Part shown: positions 27,677-36,652 of the stretch, one piece after another
How the letters are laid out: the number at the start of each line of letters is the position of its first letter
How positions within the stretch are numbered: the stretch's first letter is position 1
IMG/VR virus record: IMGVR_UViG_3300033232_000051
Span: 1 to 45,810 of that record
Direction: 5' to 3' (one strand)
Source: a virus
Lineage: Duplodnaviria; Caudoviricetes
Length of the DNA stretch: 45,810 bases
Program-made: the position numbers and the translations under genes
Notes under the pieces: generated by a model
Told to the model about the DNA's origin: nothing
What the model saw: the letters and a program-made list of their open reading frames with translations, nothing else
The model's database searches: none

Positions 27677-27691
27677 CTTATATATGTAACT
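27677..27691 (-). promoter_or_regulatory. Putative late promoter AGTTACATATATAAG (capsid operon)
   Basis: Repeated 15-mer 23 nt upstream of ATG 27654. Confidence 0.75.
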
Positions 27692-28016
27692 ATTTGAAAT
27701 ATATGGCAATGTCTTGAATCTTCTCGCCGTCACCCATACCGGAAACCACAATAAACAATGACCCCATAACGTAATAATTGTCTATATGCGTCTGCTCCTG
27801 TGACACAGAAACGATGTTCTTGGGATAAAACCGTGTGACCACACCAGTTAAGTAATCGTCACATAAAACCTCGCCGTCCATAGATGTGATGGTTATCTTG
27901 ACATTAGGCAATGCAACCCCAGAAAACACCACAACCTTGACAACCTCGCCATTAATGTTGTCTAGGTCTCCCTCTATATTCTCGCTAATCTCTCCAGTTG
28001 TATATACATTTGTCAT
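27690..28016 (-). CDS. Small beta-sandwich virion protein (hypothetical)
   Basis: GGTGA SD; beta-rich. Confidence 0.6.
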   Translation of the reverse strand: MTNVYTTGEISENIEGDLDNINGEVVKVVVFSGVALPNVKITITSMDGEVLCDDYLTGVVTRFYPKNIVSVSQEQTHIDNYYVMGSLFIVVSGMGDGEKIQDIAIYFK

Positions 28017-28022
28017 ATAATA

Positions 28023-29876
28023 TCACCTATTTATATTTACTCTCTTGCTCATACTTGCATCTTTAACTTTTTGAAGTGTTATTGTCCAGTCTACTCTATC
28101 TTCAATATTCATCGTAGTCTTATATGTTTTATATCCAGACTTCTTAATCTCCAAAGTAAAAGGATTGTAATCTACATATGTCGAATATCCATTTGAAACT
28201 AAGGTTATCGGTGTTAAATCTGCAAATTGAATATATGGGATTATTATGTATCTACTAGCAGGGGCAACGTGTGTAACCGCTACTTCAAAATGAGGAGCAA
28301 CATATATTTCGGTTGCATTGTTGCCCTTATAAATATTTCTTCGTTGTCCAATTCCTTGATTTGCAGTTATAAATACCTCCTTATTGTGCCATTGACTTGT
28401 AGACCAATTTTTGCTCAAGTCTTTTACCTTATCCAAATAACCGTTAGTTACGGTTCCATATTCTTCGGTGGGATAACCATCTTCAGTTGTATCTTGTTGG
28501 AAAACTATTGTATCATTTTTATTTTTTACAGTCACAGTAGCTCCCTCAATCCCGTTATTTTTTTCATCTATTACTTTTAACAATAACGAAAACCATAATT
28601 TTACGTGGATGTCGGTAGCGTTTGGTACGGTCCAATAAGCCCGTCTCTCTTTCAATATATTTTTATTGTAAATACAATCAATGTGATTTTCTACCCAACC
28701 ATTAACCGTTATCGCATACGGATTACTCATATAATTGCTACATTTTGAATAATTGTTGTTGTGGAAATAATTATTGAAATTGTCAGGATACACAGCAGAC
28801 ATCCCCCTGACAGCTAGCGCCCCAAAAAATGTACAACCCGCAATGATTGCACCACCCGATTCTGTGTGTGCAAATGCGATTTTACAACCAATTACAGCAT
28901 TCTGTGGTGCTGTAAACCACGTATTTCTGAAATTGTCAAAAAAGACGTCATATATTTTTTGCCCGTTTAACTGTCCTATACCACCGCCCCAATGCCCGTG
29001 AAATATTGACGAGCCGGTCATATGCACGTGTTTTATTTGCGTATTAAAAAGATTACTGTTTCCCCCGATAATTAAAGTCTTTGGTAATGAAGAATTATAA
29101 ACATTGAAAATATATATACTCCCCGCATACACTTTGTCACCCATATATTGTAATCCGGATAATGTTACAGCTGATGACGAACTGTGTATATCATTGTTTT
29201 TTAAAAATTGTATTGTTTCGTTTTGTGTGCTGAAATAATTGTTGGCATTAAAAGTCAATCCACAACCAACACTGTAACATCTTTCATTTTTTGATATTAC
29301 GCCCCAACCACCTGTCACACTTGCGTTATATATATCATCCATTGTGCAAGGTGCATCTACCGTGAAACCATCAACAACAATATTATTTACATTTGCATAT
29401 AATATACCGGTTTGTTTTCCACCTTCGGTTAATGTTGTCATTGATACAATTCTACACCTAACGAACCATTCGTACCATCTTGTAGTGCTATTTGGGTTAA
29501 AAAAATTCTCCCAATCCTCTGGCATATCCCAGCGGATAGTATTAACACCGATAGTAGTAAATCCGTTTGTATTATCTACCACACCTGTTAATGCGTGCCA
29601 GGTTGGATTATAATACCCAGTTCCTCGTTTGGCATATTCCCAAACAAGAACAACACCAGTACCAATTAAAGCAGTCCCAACATTGAAATTAAGACCAGAA
29701 TATTTCCCGCTAATATTAGATAGGGATATGACTAAACAGTCGCCAACTTGTGCAGTATCAGGAAAGAAATCAATATTCAGGTAACCTAAATTTAAACTAT
29801 AACTATCTACACTCAAATCATAAAAAAAGCTTGCTGTTATTCTGTTCGCGTATTCGTATGTTATTGTCCCTACCAT
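28023..29876 (-). CDS. Large spike/adhesin-like protein with a beta-helix-like middle and a C-terminal carboxypeptidase-regulatory-like domain
   Basis: N/G/Y-rich; C-terminal VIDEKNNGIEGATVTVKN..FTLEIKKSGYKTY. Confidence 0.6.
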   Translation of the reverse strand: MVGTITYEYANRITASFFYDLSVDSYSLNLGYLNIDFFPDTAQVGDCLVISLSNISGKYSGLNFNVGTALIGTGVVLVWEYAKRGTGYYNPTWHALTGVVDNTNGFTTIGVNTIRWDMPEDWENFFNPNSTTRWYEWFVRCRIVSMTTLTEGGKQTGILYANVNNIVVDGFTVDAPCTMDDIYNASVTGGWGVISKNERCYSVGCGLTFNANNYFSTQNETIQFLKNNDIHSSSSAVTLSGLQYMGDKVYAGSIYIFNVYNSSLPKTLIIGGNSNLFNTQIKHVHMTGSSIFHGHWGGGIGQLNGQKIYDVFFDNFRNTWFTAPQNAVIGCKIAFAHTESGGAIIAGCTFFGALAVRGMSAVYPDNFNNYFHNNNYSKCSNYMSNPYAITVNGWVENHIDCIYNKNILKERRAYWTVPNATDIHVKLWFSLLLKVIDEKNNGIEGATVTVKNKNDTIVFQQDTTEDGYPTEEYGTVTNGYLDKVKDLSKNWSTSQWHNKEVFITANQGIGQRRNIYKGNNATEIYVAPHFEVAVTHVAPASRYIIIPYIQFADLTPITLVSNGYSTYVDYNPFTLEIKKSGYKTYKTTMNIEDRVDWTITLQKVKDASMSKRVNINR

Positions 29877-30118
29877 AATAACTCACCTAGCAAAAAAATT
29901 ATTTCGTCTTTTTGTTGTTTTAATTGTATCTGCCTACCTATTTTTGAATCATTTAAAACCATTATTTCATCTGGTTCTTGATTCACAACAGCCAACTGAT
30001 TATTTAATTCTGTTAGTTGTTCATTAAGTTCATCAATAGACACAACATTAATTGGGTCTGGGTTCGCACTTTTTGCATATACTCCACCGTTATCATCACT
30101 AATCTTTATCCAAACCAT
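29870..30118 (-). CDS. Hypothetical coiled-coil protein
   Basis: Overlaps the start of the next gene; heptad pattern. Confidence 0.55.
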   Translation of the reverse strand: MVWIKISDDNGGVYAKSANPDPINVVSIDELNEQLTELNNQLAVVNQEPDEIMVLNDSKIGRQIQLKQQKDEIIFLLGELLW

Positions 30119-30408
30119 ATGGCATCAATCTACATACTTATAACATTTTCCGTTGTACAAAAACATATCATAATCATCTACATATACAGGATTTTCTGTT
30201 TTCTTAATCATAAAATTTATATCTGTAGAAGTTAGATATGACTCGCTTCTATAATAATTCTTAAATTCTGTTAATACACTCATAACATCACTTCAACTTT
30301 TTAATTAAACTATCCTTCATTTTGATGTCTATAATATCATAAGACCACAAAATATTAACTGCTTTAATAACATTGTAATCCTTTTGTATTTTGTCTGTAA
30401 TCTTCACG

Positions 30409-31230
30409 TTACTTCATCTCCAACGCATTTATAATTTTTCCAGACGTTCCACACACCGCATATAAACCACTCTCGCAATCTATGGCATCTTTACCACCCG
30501 CTGGGATTAATATCCCTGTTGTTGTGGTTACATTACTTGCACCATAAAACACGTCTGTGTCGCTCACATTATAGATTATAATTGTTCTACGACCAACTTG
30601 TTCAATTGTCGGAATTAAATAAGCAATGTTTAGTGTTGTTAAGGTTACTGCTGTTGTAACCATTGTTGCCAAAGCATTTGTATTGGTTATAAGTGTATCT
30701 TGTTTCGCAGATGTTGCTTTCCCAGTAGTATCACAAGCAGTTATCTTTCCATCAATACTTGTAGTATCACCAGCAATTGTTGATAATGATGTGTTAGATG
30801 TGTCTTGTTTTTCTTCTGTTGATGCATTAGTTGGTAAATCAACTTTAAACTTATTACTTAGATAATTAAATGTTCTTTGGAATATATCTTCGTGTCTAGA
30901 ACTAATTGTAAAATCATCTGTTATGGGTTCAACAGTTAAATCTTGTGCTGAATAACCAGTAGTAGTATTAACAGTAACAGTAGCGTTCTTATATTTCTTA
31001 ACACTATCTCCAAGTATATAAGCTTCAATTAATATTGGGTCTCCGTTCCGATAACCTTTATAATTTGCTAAATCTATTACATATTCACCGTTAGTGTCCG
31101 TAGATGTAGAACGAGTTTCATTTAAACGTTTATTTGTAACACGGATTGTTGCAGATGCAAGTACAAAAGTACCATCTACATCGTAAATTGTTCCAGAAAT
31201 TGTGTATGGTGTAGCGACCAATATAGTCAC
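30409..31230 (-). CDS. Beta-sandwich virion/surface protein; N-terminus B-specific, C-terminus shared with the A gene at 1..1000
   Basis: N-terminal domain paralogous to 31232..31765 and 31770..32480; 3' part spans the repeat. Confidence 0.75.
   Translation of the reverse strand: MTILVATPYTISGTIYDVDGTFVLASATIRVTNKRLNETRSTSTDTNGEYVIDLANYKGYRNGDPILIEAYILGDSVKKYKNATVTVNTTTGYSAQDLTVEPITDDFTISSRHEDIFQRTFNYLSNKFKVDLPTNASTEEKQDTSNTSLSTIAGDTTSIDGKITACDTTGKATSAKQDTLITNTNALATMVTTAVTLTTLNIAYLIPTIEQVGRRTIIIYNVSDTDVFYGASNVTTTTGILIPAGGKDAIDCESGLYAVCGTSGKIINALEMK
30501..30761. repeat. Direct repeat, copy 2; A/B junction
   Basis: Matches 1..261. Confidence 0.97.
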
Positions 31231-31231
31231 C

Positions 31232-31765
31232 TCATACGTCTGCTTGGATTAATGCTCGCATTGTATTTGCAGAAGGCACAATACATAAACCTTGAACCTT
31301 TATAGGAATTACAAAATTAAAAGGTACTGAACTTGAAGCAACAACCCTAATATCCATAATCTCTAAATCATTAGTTCTATCATAAAATTTCATGTATCCT
31401 ACAGCAGCAGCTGCATTTGTTACAATACCAGATAAGAGTTTCGTATCAAAATAAGCATGACTTGGACCAAACATTAAATATAAATTTTTAGTTTCTGAAC
31501 CACCAACAGTATCAGAAGCACTTGTTGTTGTACGATAATCTATTGACTCGTTACCAAAATAAGCCGATATAAATATTACATCACCAGAATTATAACCAGA
31601 TGATAGGTTAGCTAAATCTAATGAATATTCGCCAGAGGAATTTGTTGTTACGGTTACAGTCTCAGTAGTTCTTTGATTATATGCGATAACAGTAGCTGAA
31701 GCTTTTACTGTACTAGTATCAATTTCATATACTACTCCAGATATAGGGTATGGACTTGCTGGCAT
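31232..31765 (-). CDS. Carboxypeptidase-regulatory/transthyretin-like beta-sandwich protein
   Basis: PYPISGVVY..ATV..N.RT.E..TTNSSGEYSLDLAN..GD. Confidence 0.7.
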   Translation of the reverse strand: MPASPYPISGVVYEIDTSTVKASATVIAYNQRTTETVTVTTNSSGEYSLDLANLSSGYNSGDVIFISAYFGNESIDYRTTTSASDTVGGSETKNLYLMFGPSHAYFDTKLLSGIVTNAAAAVGYMKFYDRTNDLEIMDIRVVASSSVPFNFVIPIKVQGLCIVPSANTMRALIQADV

Positions 31766-31769
31766 AAAA

Positions 31770-32480
31770 TCACTTTAATTGGTATTCTTTGCTAATTACA
31801 TATTTATCATTAACATATACTGGAATAATCTCACCATAACCGTGTGTAATAGGAGACCTATGTACTCTATATATGGAATGTAAATAATCACGACCATAAT
31901 GTCTATGACTTTTTACACTAAATTTAAGTTTACCGTCTTTATCTTTATAAATACTAAGACCGATACCAGTTCCTACTAATAGACCTAATACCATTTCTAT
32001 GATACTATCTAATATTCCTTTATCTGGTAATTCTGTATCTTCACAGATTACTTTTTCTTCACATACTATTGGTTTAGGACAAGTTGTATCTTTACATTCT
32101 GTAACTGGACAGTTTTGTGTTGGACATTCACCAGTCATATCTACCTTAGTTATAGGTATTAGACCACCATTAAATGTTATTTTAGTTGTAACTTCGCCAA
32201 CTATAATTTCAAATCTATCGCCTTCAACAGCTTTTAATACTGTGTTAGACCAATCAATTAGATATTCACCGTTACCATTAGTTGTTCCAATGACTCGTTC
32301 ATTAGTTCTTACGTTAGTAATAACTACATTTAAATTTGATACTGGAACACTGTAAGCTGAGACTTTTACAACGATAGGCATTGGATTAAATACTGCTAAA
32401 GCTGGTGCTGTAAATAATGAAAATATCATTATTAATGTTATAAATTTAAGACCTAGCGATACCCATTGTTGTCGTTCCAT
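31770..32480 (-). CDS. Type I membrane protein: signal peptide, beta-sandwich, Cys/Pro linker, TM, His-rich tail
   Basis: Hydrophobic N-terminus ending APALA; TM IIEMVLGLLVGTGIGLSIY; HRHYGRDYLHSIYRVHRSPITH. Confidence 0.75.
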   Translation of the reverse strand: MERQQWVSLGLKFITLIMIFSLFTAPALAVFNPMPIVVKVSAYSVPVSNLNVVITNVRTNERVIGTTNGNGEYLIDWSNTVLKAVEGDRFEIIVGEVTTKITFNGGLIPITKVDMTGECPTQNCPVTECKDTTCPKPIVCEEKVICEDTELPDKGILDSIIEMVLGLLVGTGIGLSIYKDKDGKLKFSVKSHRHYGRDYLHSIYRVHRSPITHGYGEIIPVYVNDKYVISKEYQLK

Positions 32481-33621
32481 TTACGTTCACCCATACTCCA
32501 TATCCTTTTGGTACTTCTTTTGCACTATTAATTGATAACGCACAAGGGTGTGATATATATCTACTACCACTTGAAGCACTCATATCAACAAAAGTTGCAT
32601 AACTCATTGTTACTGTTGCATTATCTAAAGTCATACCACATATCTGTCCTAGAGTATTTGTAGTTGAATTTTGTAATGCTATCTGATTCCAACCAGATAT
32701 AATTGTTATATTTTTAGTAGGTACATCTGGAATCCAATTTCGTAATAGACTTGCAGTTGCATTTGAATATACATAAACAGCATCACCGTCTGTGACTGCT
32801 GTTGCATTATTAGTAATTGCACCTTCTATATATGTTGTATATGTATGTAATGCATTTGAATATATTGATGTTGAGGTTATTGTACCACTTAAATCAGCTA
32901 CACCTTTTAAAGTAGTAGTTTTATCTGCTAATATTAAATTCCAACCATCATAAATTATAGTTTTAGTCCAGTTAGTTGAATTTACCTCAACAGCTGTGTT
33001 TCCTAGTGAGTCATTTGTACCAACAACGATTTTGAATGTACCAGTCGTGTCAATATCAGCACCAGTTAAGTCAATGGAACATAGTTTACTTACTACAGAA
33101 CCACCCACAGTTGATACTAAAGTTGTAGTATCATCAAATATTTTAGCCCAACAAGCACTTACTATATTAGTTTCAGTAATTGTTGAGTTTACTCTTGCAG
33201 ACATTCCCGTAGCAGTTGAGTAATTATAAATAGTTAAAGCACCTATACTTGGCACAGTTGTATCTACGATTACAGTATGATATGTTGCTTGTGTACATGA
33301 ATGTTCTATATCACAAACCACACCAGTCCAGTTATAATAACCATCGGCTAGTACACCTGTATTAATTGTGAAAGCAACACCACTTGTTACATCGGTAGTA
33401 TTAGTAGTATTTATGCCCCATGTTCCAGAGAAATTACCCCAGATAGAAGCGTTAAGTAATGTTGTATTAGATACACCAGTAAAAGTCATTGCTGGTGTAG
33501 TATTAGTAGTATAATAAGGGTCGTCTGTTGGAGATGAAATAGTCATAGAACTAATAGTTCCTAATGCTACGGAACTGAATAATATGAATACCAAAAACAG
33601 TGCTATATATTTTTTTAACAT
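32446..33621 (-). CDS. Secreted Thr-rich Ig-like surface glycoprotein
   Basis: Signal peptide MLKKYIALFLVFILFSSVALG; more than a dozen N-x-S/T sequons; VDTTVP, GWNLI, GWNQI, GYGVWV motifs. Confidence 0.8.
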   Translation of the reverse strand: MLKKYIALFLVFILFSSVALGTISSMTISSPTDDPYYTTNTTPAMTFTGVSNTTLLNASIWGNFSGTWGINTTNTTDVTSGVAFTINTGVLADGYYNWTGVVCDIEHSCTQATYHTVIVDTTVPSIGALTIYNYSTATGMSARVNSTITETNIVSACWAKIFDDTTTLVSTVGGSVVSKLCSIDLTGADIDTTGTFKIVVGTNDSLGNTAVEVNSTNWTKTIIYDGWNLILADKTTTLKGVADLSGTITSTSIYSNALHTYTTYIEGAITNNATAVTDGDAVYVYSNATASLLRNWIPDVPTKNITIISGWNQIALQNSTTNTLGQICGMTLDNATVTMSYATFVDMSASSGSRYISHPCALSINSAKEVPKGYGVWVNVNGTTTMGIARS

Positions 33622-33652
33622 GTGACCAACCTATTATTTGTTAATACCCTTT

Positions 33653-34033
33653 TTATAAGTTCTTTAATTGTTTTAGTATATTGTCAGCTCGTTTATGTCC
33701 AATACCACTAATAGCAACTAAATCCTCTTTGTTTGCTTTAATTTTCATGTTAACGATTGTTTCATATTTAGTTGCTAAAATTCCGTCTAGTTCACTATCT
33801 ATGCCTTTTAAAACTGTAAAGTCCGATGTTATTTGTTCTGTAACTGGTAATTTGTATTTAGAAGAACTAACTAAACCATGATTTTCACCACGCCAAGCAT
33901 CTTTATCATCTATTTCAACGTCATTTCCAGATTCAACGTGAATCCATCTAAGTGAAGGCCTATTATATTTACCAACAGTTATAGGAATACCTACAGATAT
34001 CATTTTTTTAGTCGGGTTTACAAGTTTCATCAA
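33653..34033 (-). CDS. Protein with C-terminal tandem helix-hairpin-helix motifs
   Basis: DFTVLKGIDSELDGIL and DLVAISGIGHKRADNI. Confidence 0.7.
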   Translation of the reverse strand: MMKLVNPTKKMISVGIPITVGKYNRPSLRWIHVESGNDVEIDDKDAWRGENHGLVSSSKYKLPVTEQITSDFTVLKGIDSELDGILATKYETIVNMKIKANKEDLVAISGIGHKRADNILKQLKNL

Positions 34034-34047
34034 ATCGCCTTTATCAT

Positions 34048-34296
34048 TTAAATACTACCAAATATGATACATTCTATATCATCATTGTTAGTTCCAGTTA
34101 CTGTTATTGTTGTTCCACTTATTGTGTATGTTGCACCATTAATACCTCTAGCAACAATTATTGCAGAAAAAATTTCACTAAGACCATGTTCTACTGTTGT
34201 GATTGTTGAAGTTGTACCAGTTAGTTTAGCTTTTAATACAACCATTCCTAATACACCAGTTACTTCTTTTTTAACTATATTGTCAATTACTGCCAT
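34048..34296 (-). CDS. Small beta-rich virion protein (possible decoration)
   Basis: Downstream of MCP; GAGGT SD. Confidence 0.6.
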   Translation of the reverse strand: MAVIDNIVKKEVTGVLGMVVLKAKLTGTTSTITTVEHGLSEIFSAIIVARGINGATYTISGTTITVTGTNNDDIECIIFGSI

Positions 34297-34338
34297 TTAG
34301 ATTACCTCATAAAATTGGTATTAGGGAATTAACCCTAT

Positions 34339-34584
34339 TTACCATTTACCAAATACTATAGCCATACCAGCACCAGTACCAACTGAAAAAGTTATCGTTT
34401 CAGCAGACTGAGATGCTGGGTCGTTTATACCAGCAGAAGTTTTTGAGATTATCATGTCAATCTCATTAAACTCGCCAGTTGCATCTAGAGTATCTCCAGC
34501 ATAAGCTTTAGTGTAACGGTATACCCACGCATACTCACTACCTAATTCCAATCTTTTTTTAGTTATACTTGTTACAGAAGTCAT
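34339..34584 (-). CDS. Small beta-rich virion protein (possible decoration)
   Basis: Directly downstream of MCP; GGTGA SD. Confidence 0.6.
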   Translation of the reverse strand: MTSVTSITKKRLELGSEYAWVYRYTKAYAGDTLDATGEFNEIDMIISKTSAGINDPASQSAETITFSVGTGAGMAIVFGKW

Positions 34585-34601
34585 TTAATATCACCTATAA
34601 T

Positions 34602-35705
34602 TTAAGCACACCCATATATCCTATAACAACGTGTTTCATCTACGATAATCATAGTAAGATATGATTTTATCATAAATTTATAGGAATCAGATGTTTTTGC
34701 TAATTCTTCAAATACAGCGTCTTGTAAAACTCTCATTTGAATGTTTGCACCACCCATACCAGAACTTGTATCTAGTATAAGCATTTCTCTACCAGAACCA
34801 GATGTTGGCATGAATAAATCTGGCATTATTGGTACACCCTCATAAAGAATGTTCTCAATACCAAAGTTTACTGTAGCTGTAGGTGCTGGGTATCTTAAGA
34901 CATCAAAGATAAGACCTTTAACATCAGATAGCGTTTTGTAATCAGTTACACAAATTGTTGGTCTTCCATAAGCTTCACGAATAGTTCTGAAAGCATCAGT
35001 TATATTCTGTAGACTTATTTTTGCACCAGATTTGTTTGTTGTGTTAGTTGTAATACCATTAATCAAACCAGTAAAACCTCGTACATCAGTTACACTACCA
35101 TCATAATCATCAACAGTTGGATTACCATTAATAATCAAATTCTCTTCAAGTTCTTTCAAAGCTTGATACTCAGAAGGAATCATTAAATTAAGTGCGTCTT
35201 TCCATTGCTGTGCAGATGCAACTTGCATTGGACCAGATACTTCACCAACTGCATAGATGTAACTCATCTTTTGTGCAGAACGTGCATATGTAGCCGTACT
35301 TGAATTTAAACCACCCATTTCACCATTAACAACTGCTGTTGCTGGTGCAGTCATAGTAATGTAATCAGCGAATAATCCTTTATTAGTCATTCTAGGAATT
35401 ATACCCGATGCTAAAGGAGTATCTCGTTTAGTCAAGTCATAAAGAACTGGGTCAACTATTGTTGGTAACAATACTGGTATACTACCACTTGTACCAGAAT
35501 ATGTTGTTCCAGTAGCCATCAAAGGACTTGATGTAGTAAGAGCAGATTTTATTTCTAGTCTCTTATCAATTTGTAAACTTTTAACTTCTGTTATTGGTGT
35601 GTGAAGATATACTGTCTTATCTGGTGTGTCACCAAATGAAGATGTATATGATACTTCTCCGTTAACGGAATTTATAGAATCTATACCTGTATTCATAATA
35701 ATCAC
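34602..35705 (-). CDS. Major capsid protein (B), HK97 fold, no evident similarity to MCP A
   Basis: Follows the protease; PTIVDPVLYDLTKRDTPL, ELEENLIING, GFTGL, YEGVPIMPD, FEELAKTSDSYKFMI. Confidence 0.85.
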   Translation of the reverse strand: MIIMNTGIDSINSVNGEVSYTSSFGDTPDKTVYLHTPITEVKSLQIDKRLEIKSALTTSSPLMATGTTYSGTSGSIPVLLPTIVDPVLYDLTKRDTPLASGIIPRMTNKGLFADYITMTAPATAVVNGEMGGLNSSTATYARSAQKMSYIYAVGEVSGPMQVASAQQWKDALNLMIPSEYQALKELEENLIINGNPTVDDYDGSVTDVRGFTGLINGITTNTTNKSGAKISLQNITDAFRTIREAYGRPTICVTDYKTLSDVKGLIFDVLRYPAPTATVNFGIENILYEGVPIMPDLFMPTSGSGREMLILDTSSGMGGANIQMRVLQDAVFEELAKTSDSYKFMIKSYLTMIIVDETRCYRIYGCA

Positions 35706-35706
35706 T

Positions 35707-36606
35707 CTATTTCATTTTTGCTTCAACTATCATATCAACAAAACTTTTTGGTTCAGATTTAACTTCAAGTTGTGGTGAAGCATCTACCAATGGTTTCTGT
35801 TTATCAACAGCTGATACTGCTTCTGCTATCATAGATTTAATTTCGTCTTTTGAAATTTTATCTTCTTTAACAGTAGTTTCAATCTTTGATTTTATCTCTG
35901 AAAGTTCTTTATCTTTAGAAGCTAGTTCTAATTTAAGAGTTTCAAGTTGTGATTTGATTTCGTCTAGATCAGAATCAGTCATAACTTCTGGAGTTTCAAC
36001 TGTAGGTTCTGGTGTGACGATACCATCATCTACAACACCGTTTTCGTCTTCGTTGGACATATCATCTACCTCAATTTTAGATTTCACAAAGAAATCTGTG
36101 ATTTTACAAGCTTCACATGCGGGTTTGCCAGTTAAAGCAACACCACCTAGTTGTATCTTGTTTAGTACTCTTATATTTTTACCATTTATGTTAGTGTTTA
36201 TGTATTCTTTAGGTTTAAATTCCATTGAAAATGCATCAATGAAACCATCTTGGATTGAACCCCAAAGATTTTTAAATTCAGTATGGTGTTTGTTTAATTG
36301 TACTCGTATAAATAAGTTTTTGGATTTTATCTCAGCACTAATGATTTTTGCTTTAGGAACTATTGTGTTATCGCCTTTGAAATATTGTTCGTGTTCTTCA
36401 TTACCTTTCAATGCACCGGAAAAGTTAGAATCTACATTCCTACCATTAATTTGCTGTGCCATATCTTGTATACATTCTTCAGTAACCATATCATTTACTG
36501 AATCTAGATAATTAGCAACTTCTAAAATACCTTCAACATAATGATTCCCATTATCGGATTTAAATTCAAATGTATTTGGATATACTTTGATTTTTTTGAA
36601 GTCCAT
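35707..36606 (-). CDS. Prohead protease with scaffold tail (B)
   Basis: DSVND, EEH, DAFSMEF, GVALTGKPA; acidic linker and coiled coil. Confidence 0.85.
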   Translation of the reverse strand: MDFKKIKVYPNTFEFKSDNGNHYVEGILEVANYLDSVNDMVTEECIQDMAQQINGRNVDSNFSGALKGNEEHEQYFKGDNTIVPKAKIISAEIKSKNLFIRVQLNKHHTEFKNLWGSIQDGFIDAFSMEFKPKEYINTNINGKNIRVLNKIQLGGVALTGKPACEACKITDFFVKSKIEVDDMSNEDENGVVDDGIVTPEPTVETPEVMTDSDLDEIKSQLETLKLELASKDKELSEIKSKIETTVKEDKISKDEIKSMIAEAVSAVDKQKPLVDASPQLEVKSEPKSFVDMIVEAKMK

Positions 36607-36652
36607 AGATTTATCACTTTTTATCTTACTATTATTAAAATTGAATTACTTA

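Noticed and set aside
30128-30407. Two tiny minus-strand ORFs (about 39 and 51 aa)
   Set aside because: Plausible operon fillers but with no motifs; support is insufficient to list them.
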